The translations under genes were made by a program, and so were the position numbers. The notes beneath the pieces were generated by a model. It was not told the origin of the DNA. It did no database searches and worked only from the letters and a program-made list of their open reading frames with translations. DNA of 52,738 nt from a virus (Duplodnaviria; Caudoviricetes): positions 1 through 52,738 of the IMG/VR virus record IMGVR_UViG_3300047550_006202; one strand, written 5' to 3'. The number at the start of each line of letters is the position of its first letter. Position 1 is the first letter of the stretch. Shown piece after piece: positions 8,401 through 17,046 of this stretch.

Positions 8401-8884
8401 GTGTGTTCGTTACGGTCGGAGTTACAGATATGGTCTCTGTAACGGTGATTGTGGGAGTAGCCGTTATAGAAACCGTTGGAGTGGATGTTACACTTATAGT
8501 AGGAGTAGAAGTTATTGTGATTGTTGGGGTTTTTGTAGCAGTTAAACTAACAGTGGGAGTGTTCGTTATAGTGGGAGTGATACTGATCGTAGGCGTCTTT
8601 GTTATTGACACAGTTGGGGTGTACGAAGGCGTTGTTCCAACGAATCTAGTTACAATGTCTATGTAATTCGTACAACCGTCGCAGTGAGCAGCAACGCGCA
8701 AAATACCCGTGTTAGCGGGAACTTTATTGAACCTATAACCATCTATGAGAAGTTGTCTGGGAATCTTTCTATAGATCGGATATTTAAATCCATCCCAGTC
8801 GCTGAATATATCGCAGTACTCAGAGTCTATCCCTATTCCTGAGAATGATACTGTTACCGATATATATTTTATTTCGTTTCTCAT
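5444..8884 (-). CDS. Long Thr/Pro/Ser hexapeptide-repeat virion protein 3 (1146 aa)
   Basis: Same N-domain (CDIFSD...DGY...VPANT), roughly 590 aa of T-x-T-I-[ST]-[VLI] repeats, two duplicated globular domains and a Cys-rich tail. Confidence 0.85.
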   Translation of the reverse strand: MRNEIKYISVTVSFSGIGIDSEYCDIFSDWDGFKYPIYRKIPRQLLIDGYRFNKVPANTGILRVAAHCDGCTNYIDIVTRFVGTTPSYTPTVSITKTPTISITPTITNTPTVSLTATKTPTITITSTPTISVTSTPTVSITATPTITVTETISVTPTVTNTPTISVTPTQTPTVTATPTISVTQTISVTATISSTPGLTSTPTITVTPTITVTSTISVTPTISQTPTISVSPTISQTPTKSLTPTITVTPTITVTKTVSLTPTISLTPTISLTQSISVTPGISVTASISITPTISLTPTKSLTPTISLTQTISVTPTITVTPTISITGTPTISVTATISVTPTKSLTPTITVTATISVTPTISVTPTISVTPTISLTPTKSLTPTISLTATPTISVTSTISQTPTKSLTPTITVTATITVTPTISVTPTISVTKTISLTPTVSLTPTITVTPTISITPTKTISITATPTISVTQTISLTPTISLTPTISLTQTISLTPTVSLTPTITVTPTISVTKSISVTPTISVTPTISVTISLTPTISVTPTISVTQTISLTPTISITQTPTISLTQTVSLTPTISLTQTMSLTPTMSLTPTISLTPTISLTQTMSLTPTISLTQTKSLTPTISVTPTISLTQTISLTPTISLTPTISVTPTISITPTKTISLTQTVTPTISISPTPSPTDFATDAVLSFASFNNLNDTFYFNLSSAVGEDITITFASITSYSDNSCVNAAGGSYILSTVTWLSGEAGTKSAVGLGISDLYAHSKDNSMTINHGSTTGDVKSNGQSWVTQDGQSTVTVSINTACVLAPTPTPTRTPTLTPTISVTPTLTPTITVTVTPSTSDYVDNATLTYTSYNRGTGRFTWTLSDPLSEQISVSGSYATVWVGGTDTDICNCLGGDNTQAGQGAGGGIVWTPGQSGAKFVNGDTVGTGCSVGTSYGYSKVNQVTVNGSSYVNGSTFVIGQTTVTVVISTGCNIPPTPTPSITKTPTISITATPTISITVTPTISRTASISVTPTISLTKTLTISVTPTISITVTPTISVTPTPTITFTRTPTLTPTKSPTRTLPFRNSYDVSKCSDGTTSTWITDSSLTVGGVYTLSDPTGVPNNSLECYTITSTTTTTSPANIGTVYNVADCNANACIKI
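6840..8630 (-). repeat. Degenerate, mostly 18-bp coding tandem repeat array (TPTISV-type hexapeptide)
   Basis: Continuous repeats such as CTTATAGTAGGAGTTACG with synonymous variation; exact 29-32 bp duplicates spaced 54 and 72 bp apart near 7035-7168. Confidence 0.9.
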
Positions 8885-8888
8885 TTAT

Positions 8889-10700
8889 TTATACCCCACA
8901 AGCTGTTGAGGATGTTTGTTGAACGAATCCGCTGATGTTGGCCACGCTTCCGGCTTTAGCACAGAAAGTCTGTTGCGGGTATATGGTGCTATTGGTCACT
9001 TGGATACCGCTACAGTTCGTATAATTTACAATCGCGTTTCCACTAAAGCTAGTGTTTTTGTATTCCGCGCAGTGGAGTTTTGTTTTATAATACACTGTGA
9101 AATTACCGTTTACGCCTGTCCAAGTATAACTAGAAACACCTGTACCGACTGATGCGTAATAGGTACTAGAATTATAAATTATGTAAGCAGACGATATCAA
9201 ACAACCTACTTGAACCTGTAGATATACATCTGCGTTTATCGTTGCTCCGGTTGGAGTTTGCCCGTATTCGTAACAGGTCAAAGGGGAACCAGCGCAATTG
9301 TTCATCGGATGATTATCGTTGAACAAAGTGATGTACCCTGATCCAGCGGAACCTGCGTTGTTCTTTATTCTCAGAGTCACAAACTTATCCGCTGATGGAG
9401 TGGAACTATTATCTCTTCCTAAGGCCCATCGATTATTTGGCGTAACTGTGATACTCGGTGTACTTGTGGGTGTTAGACTTATCGTAACGGTGGGAGTGAT
9501 CGATATGCTTATAGTAGGAGTCATCGATATGGTATTAGTTACAGTTGGCGTAATTGTGGCCGAAGGTGTCTGAGTCAGGAACGGTGTTAGTGTGGGCGTA
9601 GGAGTTTGAGTGATTGGAGGGGTCTCTGTTGGTGTTACGCTCACTGTCGGTGTTACGCTTATGGTAGCGGTTACGTTCGGAGTTTTTGTGGGAGTTCTAG
9701 TGACGCTCGCAGTCGGGGTGACGGTGGGAGTATTTGATATTGTGACCGTTATCGACGGAGTTACGGCTGGCACCACTCTAGCGTTTCCAGCCAATGCGCA
9801 ATCGTTATAATACGCAGATCCCGTTATCCTACAATCGTTTACAATCGCTATGGGATTTTCAAAACTTTCCTCTATGTAATCGTTTACTGTTATCTTACAA
9901 AGCGCTGGATCGCTCTTTAAACCGCATCCAGGACCGTAATAATTGCTTACGCTATAGTAAGTAGAGTATTCTCCTGGATCTATGGCGTTGAGCGTAACTA
10001 GACCCGTCGATTTGTTAACTTGGAAGAGGTGTGATTGCTCTGTTCCAAAAACTTGCAATGTGTTATAATCGAATTCTCCTGATCCTGCGTAATCGTTGCT
10101 AGTTACGTAGAACGTTTTTGGTGATGTGAGTTCTGAGAATTCGTTACTGTAACCCTTTAATATGGGTCTTTCAGGGAAAATATCTTGATAGTCTTGGTGT
10201 GTTAGTACAACTACACCGTGAGAGTACATTATGTTTCCAACGTGAAGATTATCGTTAGCAGAGTCTACTATATTTCCGTTTCCGTCGTCAGATAAAAAAG
10301 CTCCGTTATCAGAGTAAACGAAGGTGTTTGGGGATATTTTTTCTCCGAACACTGTTCTTGGAATGGACATCACCGATATCCTTGAATTAGATTCGGTTGG
10401 AAAATATCTATTCTCGTATTCGTAAGTGCCTGATGCCGCTGTAGATTGTTGGTAGGAATCCCACGCGCTTCCAGAACCCAATATGGATCCTGAGATGTGG
10501 TTCATGTAGTAAAGTTGGCGTATCGTTCTGTAAACTAGTATCTGATAGTTAACAGATCCCGATACGCTTACTTGACCGTTTACGCCCTTAGTATACTCAA
10601 TGTTTTTTTCTCCTCCACAACTAAGTTGTTGGGAATACTTGAGTTGTATCGGAATGCTTGATATGTCCGAACTTTGTATTGTATTCCTGCATAGACTCAT
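8889..10700 (-). CDS. Baseplate/tail protein N-domain fused to Ig-like and TPT-repeat regions (repeat protein 4)
   Basis: The first ~170 aa are paralogous to the N-part of 10704..11744 (SIPRTVFGEKISPNTF; GNIMYSHGVVVLT), followed by beta-rich domains, TPT repeats and a Cys-rich end. Confidence 0.8.
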   Translation of the reverse strand: MSLCRNTIQSSDISSIPIQLKYSQQLSCGGEKNIEYTKGVNGQVSVSGSVNYQILVYRTIRQLYYMNHISGSILGSGSAWDSYQQSTAASGTYEYENRYFPTESNSRISVMSIPRTVFGEKISPNTFVYSDNGAFLSDDGNGNIVDSANDNLHVGNIMYSHGVVVLTHQDYQDIFPERPILKGYSNEFSELTSPKTFYVTSNDYAGSGEFDYNTLQVFGTEQSHLFQVNKSTGLVTLNAIDPGEYSTYYSVSNYYGPGCGLKSDPALCKITVNDYIEESFENPIAIVNDCRITGSAYYNDCALAGNARVVPAVTPSITVTISNTPTVTPTASVTRTPTKTPNVTATISVTPTVSVTPTETPPITQTPTPTLTPFLTQTPSATITPTVTNTISMTPTISISITPTVTISLTPTSTPSITVTPNNRWALGRDNSSTPSADKFVTLRIKNNAGSAGSGYITLFNDNHPMNNCAGSPLTCYEYGQTPTGATINADVYLQVQVGCLISSAYIIYNSSTYYASVGTGVSSYTWTGVNGNFTVYYKTKLHCAEYKNTSFSGNAIVNYTNCSGIQVTNSTIYPQQTFCAKAGSVANISGFVQQTSSTACGV

Positions 10701-10703
10701 TTG

Positions 10704-11744
10704 TTACCAATCTAATTTGGTCCTGATCAATGCTTCTTTTGTGAAATCTTTTACAAGTGGCTTAGAAAGCTTTGCTACCGCCAACAAATCGTTGTTATCG
10801 TTGTACATTCCTACGGTTGTTATATATGTCTGGGGATTGTTTATGAAGTTGTCGTATATCAATTCTCCAGAAGCCGTTATGAATGAAGGATTAGAAGTAT
10901 AATTAAATTCGTTGTTTCTAACTCTAACGAACACATAATTCGATGAAACAGTTTCTTTAGACTGCAATTGGAAATAGTTTCCGTTGTCTATGAAATCGTA
11001 TATGGCTGCGTTGTTTTTGCCCTGGTTATCTGTGTCAGTTCCTGTGTAGAACGAATGCCCCAATCCACCGTCGGAAGTACTTAGGGAGATTGCAGAAGCA
11101 TTCAACAGTATTAACCCGATATCGGGTAAGAAAAGACCATAAGATCCTGAAACGGTGTATCCGCTTTCTTGCCAATCTACGTTCGCTGAGCCGTTAGATC
11201 CGTAAACTATATCGAACGCTCTACCGCAATCTAAATAAGTGATTGTGGTCACATCGTTAGAATTGTCAGTTAGATTTAGATAATTGGATCCGCTAGCCAA
11301 TACGAGATTAAAAGACCCTGGCATCAGGCTCTCTTTGTACCTGTTTCTGTCTATGGGTATGGCTATTATGGATTCTGCTTCAGCTCCTACTCCCCCGAAG
11401 TTAAATCTTCCTCCTGATATGGTGCCTCGTCCCTCGGAATCTCCGTATATTAAATTTCTGTATTGTCCGTAAGTTATCCTTGTGGGACTTATTCCAGCTA
11501 TCAGGGGATTCAATGGAGCTGATCCAGAACCCGCGTAGTGTCCGTATGCTATGGAAAATTGAACCGAAGCGTTGGTACTTGAACAAGGAGCATTGTATAC
11601 ATCCAAATAATAGCTACTCGTAGTATAACAGGTTGATCCTGTGTAAAAAACGGTAAGCGTCGGAGAGTTTGTACTCCATGCGGGAGATGTTACGGCGTCT
11701 GCCGATATCACGAAATCCTGCGATTCTAATGCTTTAAATGACAT
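10704..11744 (-). CDS. Baseplate/tail structural protein
   Basis: Lies in the baseplate cluster; C-terminal TTVGMYNDNNDLLAVAKLSKP motif resembles tail-fibre attachment/collar domains. Confidence 0.8.
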   Translation of the reverse strand: MSFKALESQDFVISADAVTSPAWSTNSPTLTVFYTGSTCYTTSSYYLDVYNAPCSSTNASVQFSIAYGHYAGSGSAPLNPLIAGISPTRITYGQYRNLIYGDSEGRGTISGGRFNFGGVGAEAESIIAIPIDRNRYKESLMPGSFNLVLASGSNYLNLTDNSNDVTTITYLDCGRAFDIVYGSNGSANVDWQESGYTVSGSYGLFLPDIGLILLNASAISLSTSDGGLGHSFYTGTDTDNQGKNNAAIYDFIDNGNYFQLQSKETVSSNYVFVRVRNNEFNYTSNPSFITASGELIYDNFINNPQTYITTVGMYNDNNDLLAVAKLSKPLVKDFTKEALIRTKLDW

Positions 11745-11755
11745 CTTTTTTCAGA

Positions 11756-12415
11756 TTAGATTGTTTTTGAGACCGTTAGAGGCACATTCAGTCTTGCACC
11801 CGAATCCCTGCCTGTAATTATGAGCGTAGTTTGCAGAGATGTACGACTTCCAAACAGTGTGTTGATTGTGGTACCAGTTATGTTTAGAGTTGTGCCAATA
11901 ACTGTTTTAGTGACATCTGTTCCTATAGTTGCAGTTGCGTTATTAGCTGTTTGAGCCTCAGGTGTATTCACACCAGTTGCTGTAAAGTTAGAAACCAATC
12001 TAACGTCTCCTATGGTGAATATGTAGCCTGATGGTTCGAACTGTGTTCCTCCTCCGAGGTAATTCAGCGTTTTAGGTTCTATCGGCACACTTTCTCCCTG
12101 CTTAATGCTGATATTCGTAGTAGCGATAGATATGAAAGGAAGTCTAGCTGTTCCCCTGGGTAGGGTAATGAGTTTGTACTTCATTATTTCGTTATCGTTA
12201 GGATAAGCTTGAAGCACAGGCATGGCTTCAATGGCCTCACCGTAAAAGGCCGATCCTGAGGGGTGATTTGGATTGTAGAGGGTATAGTCCACCTCATCAT
12301 CAGATAGAGAGAACTGTGTAATTCTAAAAGATCCGTCGTTTCTAGAAAGCAACTCTCTACCTTTTTTTGTGAGTATTGCGTCCACTACTACAGATGTTGA
12401 ACTTAAATACGGCAT
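11756..12415 (-). CDS. Virion structural (baseplate/tail) protein
   Basis: VDAILTKKGRELL...FSLSDDEVDY motif; ATATTTAT at 12432-12439; position within the baseplate module. Confidence 0.75.
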   Translation of the reverse strand: MPYLSSTSVVVDAILTKKGRELLSRNDGSFRITQFSLSDDEVDYTLYNPNHPSGSAFYGEAIEAMPVLQAYPNDNEIMKYKLITLPRGTARLPFISIATTNISIKQGESVPIEPKTLNYLGGGTQFEPSGYIFTIGDVRLVSNFTATGVNTPEAQTANNATATIGTDVTKTVIGTTLNITGTTINTLFGSRTSLQTTLIITGRDSGARLNVPLTVSKTI

Positions 12416-12464
12416 GGTTTATTTGTTTTTAATAAATATAATGTCCCTGAGAAATGTTTCGAAT

Positions 12465-15400
12465 TTATGGGTTTGTTGATCCTAACAAATTCTGAGCTCT
12501 GAGAGCTTTTATTATGTTACCTGAATCGTCTTTCAGAGCTTTGGATATATATTGAGGATACAACAAGCCTTCTTCTACGACATTGGGATCTTCTGGATTG
12601 AAATTAAGTACGATATTAGTTTCATCGGGGACTCTTTTAAAGATTATAAAATAAGAAGAGCTATAATTAGCGTTGGTTGTTTTATCTACTTGACTTAAAT
12701 TTGCCGCAGGCCCCATGAATAAGTTCACGGGAACTGTCCTATCTAAATACAATAGAAGTCTAGAATCAGTTTCGTTGTAACTTCCAGTGAAGTCTACTGA
12801 CTTTACAGAGAATTCGTATTTTTCGTTCCACGGTGTTGAAATAGAAGCGCTGTCCCTTAACACTATTTTATCACCCGCCTCTATTTTCATGGCGCTAACT
12901 ACACTATTAAGAGACGAATTAACAAAATCCAAATCGGATGAAGAACTATAGATAAGTCCATAATTCTCGTAAATGTCCTGTGTTCCGTACTTATCTGTTA
13001 ATTTTAACACTAAACAATTTGACGCTGTCATGTAGTACATAGCTGATTGAGAAGTGTACACTTTATCTACAAAAAAGTCTTTGTAATTTGTGTTGGCTTC
13101 GCTAGAGTTATACACTTTTAAATCGCTAACGAATGCACTTCTATTTATAAGAGAAAATTGTACTGGATCGGGTTGACCGTTGTTATCGTAAAGATATGCG
13201 AACGACGTAGAAACAAGATAATTTGCTCCAGGAGTGAAAGTAATAGGGACTTTTTCAGTAAATTGTCCGTCTAATCTAGGTATGTTTATAGTAATAGAAG
13301 CACTAAACCCTGCGCCGACTGACGGGGGGAAAGTGGTGTTCGGTATGTAAGACGCGGTTATTCCCATCACCGCTTGTATATATTGACCGTCTTCTGAGGG
13401 AGTTCTACTCACTATGTCGTACCCAGTATAAGTAGGACCCTCATCGTAAGCAACTGTGTAACTACTCAGTTTCCACTGTATGTCGTTAGGATCGAAAGAG
13501 TTTCCGTTGTCGGGTATGAAAAAGGATATTGGAGTTTTTAAGTTGAATCCAAATTGAGTTACGCTAGATGATAAGTTATGAAGCGCTGGAAGATATTTGT
13601 ATCCTCCTTCGTATATCTTTATTGTGGGATTGTTGACTAATCTATTCGCGTAAACGTTTTCTTGATCGTAGTTAAATAGAGCTACGTCGGCGTTTTCTTG
13701 ACTTTTAAATATGTTTTGTACGTCAAATACGTGATTATTAGCCTTTGTTAAATCTATTACGTTTTGATTCGAATCTACTAGGTACTTTATTTGAGCATCA
13801 GATCTATTAGGTAAATACACAGAAGCTGTAGAGATGTCCACTAGATAGGCAAAAATGTTCACAGATTTATCTATGACCGATGCACTTAATGTATTGTATC
13901 TAGGACTGGTCATAGAACTTCCGTTGTACCTTATGTTCGCAAATGAATACAACTCGTAATTAGAGTCTTGAAGTTGAGCGTAAGGAACAGTCTTATCGCA
14001 GTATATCGGTTGATTTAATGGGCTTCTTGAAGCAGACACTACGCGCGCTATAGAACCTGTTATGATGGCAAAATTAACTGGGACGACGGAGTCTGTGGAA
14101 AAATCAAGATCAAAAAATCTTTTGGATCTCACGGATTCTGTGACGTTATTGTGAGTCGCGCCGTAATTTATGTATTGAGGGTCTTGGTATTCTACGGATC
14201 TACTGTAGTCGTTAGAAATCTCCCTTTGGTCCATGTATCCTCCGCTAACAGTCATAGCTATTGTAGAACCCCCAAATTGGCCAGTTAATTTTTCTTGCGA
14301 TTGATTAGAAATGTACGTTACAGAACCGGAAGGAGTCATAATGTCTTCCGTATAATCTGTAGAATAGAAGGAGCTGTTAGCACCCGAAGAGGATATATTG
14401 CCCACTCCAATTCTACCGAAAGATCCAGAGAGTATTACTGTTGGTTCTTTTCTTGCGATTTTATTTCTTTCTAATACGTGACTCTTTATGGTTATTCCTG
14501 TCTGAAGATTCGCTCTAGCAGGAACGAAATCTCTTATGATTTTAAATAAAGAGTTATTGAAATACTTTACTAATCGAATGTATTCGTAAATTCTATGGGG
14601 ATATTCGTAGGTTTCGAAATAAGTCTTTCTGTAATCTTCGAGGTCTGGATAATAAGGTAGACTTTGGTGTTCTGGGTTTCCTATCAAATTGTCTATGTAC
14701 TGGAATCCCTCGGATGAACTAATGTTTGCGTTTATTACATTTGAAGGAGAGAATGTTACCTCTACGTCTACACTATTATTCCTATAAAGCGTAGAAGGCT
14801 TCTGTATTGTAGCAAATGGAGACAACACAGATTGAGACAGTTCGTTTTTAGAATAAAAAGTCCTAATTTTATCGTTATTGATACCATCAAGACCTATGAC
14901 ATCATATGTCTCGTAAGCTCCAAATTCGTTGACATCGAGTATTTCTTCAGGTATACCGTAACACGCTATAAGTGCTTTTATCGCTCTTTGTGTACCTTTT
15001 GTTTTGAATAGATATGCTGAGTTGTGATAGAGTCTCTTATAAAATTCCTTTTCTATTTGATTGGAAGATAATGTTGTTAGACTGGATGTTACGTATCCTC
15101 TGTTTCCAACACTATTGATCTCTATAAGCTCTGAGCCCGTCGGAGGTAATAAGCTTCCGTCTTGATTTATTCCGAATAATGAAAAATACAGATTATCGGA
15201 AACGCTAGTATTAGTGTATAAATTAATTCCGATACTCTTTAATGCATCAGCAACTAAATCTATAGAAATACCAGTATGAGGATTATTTGTATTTATATAT
15301 CTGTTAGATACATCTTTGTAATACAACCAAATGTTATCAAAATGTTGCGCAAGCATATACATGAATGCCACCATTGGTGAGTTGATGGGATCTTCGTAAA

Positions 15401-16700
15401 TATATTGCGGTATTATAGAAGTTATTATATCTTTATTAGAACTATCATAATAAGAAGCGGAATAGTACATTGAAGCAGATAAACCTGTTTGAGGCACGGT
15501 CTCGTCGCTGCCTAACCAAGAGATGGCTTGAGAAGAAGTAATTGAATATAACTCATAGGGTTGAGTATTATTTATTTTGGGCCAAGCAAATGATTCAGAA
15601 TTAAAATATAGGTAGTATTCGTAAGTATCGAACTTTTCAATTATGCGATTTATGTTTTCTTTTGCTTGATTTACTGCTTGGTTAATTGATATCTGAGAGG
15701 ATAAACCAAGAGACGCATAAGATAAGCTCGCCGATATTTCAGTATTGTAGCTCTCTATTAAACCTAACTTATAGACGAAATTATTTAACCTTTCTGTTGC
15801 GCTAGAAAAGTGAATGAAGTTAGAAAAGTCTGTGTAATCTACGTTTATAGAGATCGCTTTATCGTCGAAATAACTTGAAAGTTTTTGCGCTGAGGATGTT
15901 ATTTCACTAGAAAAAAGAGAATTATAATTATAGTATGGAGTGGTTTGTCCTACTTTATCAGCTATATCTATGTCAAAGTTAGGACCACGTAAAAGAAATT
16001 TAGGTTTTGTATCAGATTCTTCAGTAGATATGTTTACTTGAAATAATGCAGACTCTGAAATTTTTTCTACTATCCAAAGTGTATTTTTTACTTGGAATTC
16101 ATCTGGTAGTGGTTCATATAGCTTTATTAATAGGTTGTAAGCGCCTTCATCAGTTTGTTCTAAAGCCGCATTATTAGCTATGATAAGCCTATTTAAACCA
16201 AAGTTCAAATAGAAATCATAAAATCCAGAGCTATTATTTACAATGTTAGAATTAAAATTAATGAACTCAGATTGTAAAAGAATAGGGGATATAACTTGAG
16301 TACTTAACCTAAGTTCAGTTCTTGAAGGGGATATATCTTTTATCCAAAATTTACGTAGATAATTCGAATTAAATAAGATTTTATGAAAATTGTATTGTAC
16401 ATACAATAAACCTCTATCGTATCCAAAATTTTCTAAATCCTTTTTTGGATCTAAATAAATTTGCCTGTATGTGTTATTGTTGTTATTCTGACCCTCTACT
16501 GGTTTGTAGCTTTTTACATCGTATTCTATGTTAATGAATTCTAGATTTTCATCTAGAACTACCGCCTCTACAACGCTTTGTCGACTGAATACATTGAATG
16601 ATCCGCTTATTAGATTTTGAGTAAATAAATTTTGATCTACCTGAGAGTAATCTTGGTACGATATTCCCTGACCATTTCGGGTAATTTTTACTATTTCCAT
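12465..16700 (-). CDS. Large baseplate wedge protein (gp7-like)
   Basis: 1411 aa; central LFKTKGTQRAIKALIACYG resembles the KGT helix of gp7/P2 gpI-type wedge proteins; downstream of gp6. Confidence 0.65.
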   Translation of the reverse strand: MEIVKITRNGQGISYQDYSQVDQNLFTQNLISGSFNVFSRQSVVEAVVLDENLEFINIEYDVKSYKPVEGQNNNNNTYRQIYLDPKKDLENFGYDRGLLYVQYNFHKILFNSNYLRKFWIKDISPSRTELRLSTQVISPILLQSEFINFNSNIVNNSSGFYDFYLNFGLNRLIIANNAALEQTDEGAYNLLIKLYEPLPDEFQVKNTLWIVEKISESALFQVNISTEESDTKPKFLLRGPNFDIDIADKVGQTTPYYNYNSLFSSEITSSAQKLSSYFDDKAISINVDYTDFSNFIHFSSATERLNNFVYKLGLIESYNTEISASLSYASLGLSSQISINQAVNQAKENINRIIEKFDTYEYYLYFNSESFAWPKINNTQPYELYSITSSQAISWLGSDETVPQTGLSASMYYSASYYDSSNKDIITSIIPQYIYEDPINSPMVAFMYMLAQHFDNIWLYYKDVSNRYINTNNPHTGISIDLVADALKSIGINLYTNTSVSDNLYFSLFGINQDGSLLPPTGSELIEINSVGNRGYVTSSLTTLSSNQIEKEFYKRLYHNSAYLFKTKGTQRAIKALIACYGIPEEILDVNEFGAYETYDVIGLDGINNDKIRTFYSKNELSQSVLSPFATIQKPSTLYRNNSVDVEVTFSPSNVINANISSSEGFQYIDNLIGNPEHQSLPYYPDLEDYRKTYFETYEYPHRIYEYIRLVKYFNNSLFKIIRDFVPARANLQTGITIKSHVLERNKIARKEPTVILSGSFGRIGVGNISSSGANSSFYSTDYTEDIMTPSGSVTYISNQSQEKLTGQFGGSTIAMTVSGGYMDQREISNDYSRSVEYQDPQYINYGATHNNVTESVRSKRFFDLDFSTDSVVPVNFAIITGSIARVVSASRSPLNQPIYCDKTVPYAQLQDSNYELYSFANIRYNGSSMTSPRYNTLSASVIDKSVNIFAYLVDISTASVYLPNRSDAQIKYLVDSNQNVIDLTKANNHVFDVQNIFKSQENADVALFNYDQENVYANRLVNNPTIKIYEGGYKYLPALHNLSSSVTQFGFNLKTPISFFIPDNGNSFDPNDIQWKLSSYTVAYDEGPTYTGYDIVSRTPSEDGQYIQAVMGITASYIPNTTFPPSVGAGFSASITINIPRLDGQFTEKVPITFTPGANYLVSTSFAYLYDNNGQPDPVQFSLINRSAFVSDLKVYNSSEANTNYKDFFVDKVYTSQSAMYYMTASNCLVLKLTDKYGTQDIYENYGLIYSSSSDLDFVNSSLNSVVSAMKIEAGDKIVLRDSASISTPWNEKYEFSVKSVDFTGSYNETDSRLLLYLDRTVPVNLFMGPAANLSQVDKTTNANYSSSYFIIFKRVPDETNIVLNFNPEDPNVVEEGLLYPQYISKALKDDSGNIIKALRAQNLLGSTNP

Positions 16701-16703
16701 TTA

Positions 16704-17045
16704 TCAGAAGGTTGTCTTATTCACAACTAAATAAGTGTCAGAGAGTTCTAATAGTTGTTGTCTCAAACTGTTAATTTCCTCTATTAAAGCCAATTTTTCA
16801 GTATCCATAGGATTTCCCCCTAAATACTCAGTACTTCTTAGAACTAAATATCTGTGAGAATTTATATCTCCCTCTGCCGGTATTTCAAAGAAAAGTTTTT
16901 CATACATTTCAAAAAATTTTCCTACTGTATCTGTTTCTACGGTTGTAGGAATAGGAGGCTGTATAAGTTCTTTGAAAGCAGTATCTACTACATTTCTATA
17001 TGTAGAAGTACCTCTAACAATTTTTTGTAATCCGACCTTTTCCAT
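16704..17045 (-). CDS. Hypothetical protein in baseplate operon
   Basis: 113 aa, 1-3 nt from its neighbours, C-terminal coiled coil. Confidence 0.75.
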   Translation of the reverse strand: MEKVGLQKIVRGTSTYRNVVDTAFKELIQPPIPTTVETDTVGKFFEMYEKLFFEIPAEGDINSHRYLVLRSTEYLGGNPMDTEKLALIEEINSLRQQLLELSDTYLVVNKTTF

Positions 17046-17046
17046 A

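Noticed and set aside
6840-8630. Regular repeat array considered as CRISPR or a DGR template
   Set aside because: Units are degenerate codon repeats with no unique spacers, variation is at third positions rather than adenine-specific, and there is no cas or reverse transcriptase gene in the window.
3697-9810. Many + strand ORFs of VGVTLIVGV type (e.g. 3704..4183, 5703..6023, 7704..8066)
   Set aside because: Antisense shadows of the TPTIS repeats; no leaders, and fully overlapped by long minus-strand genes.
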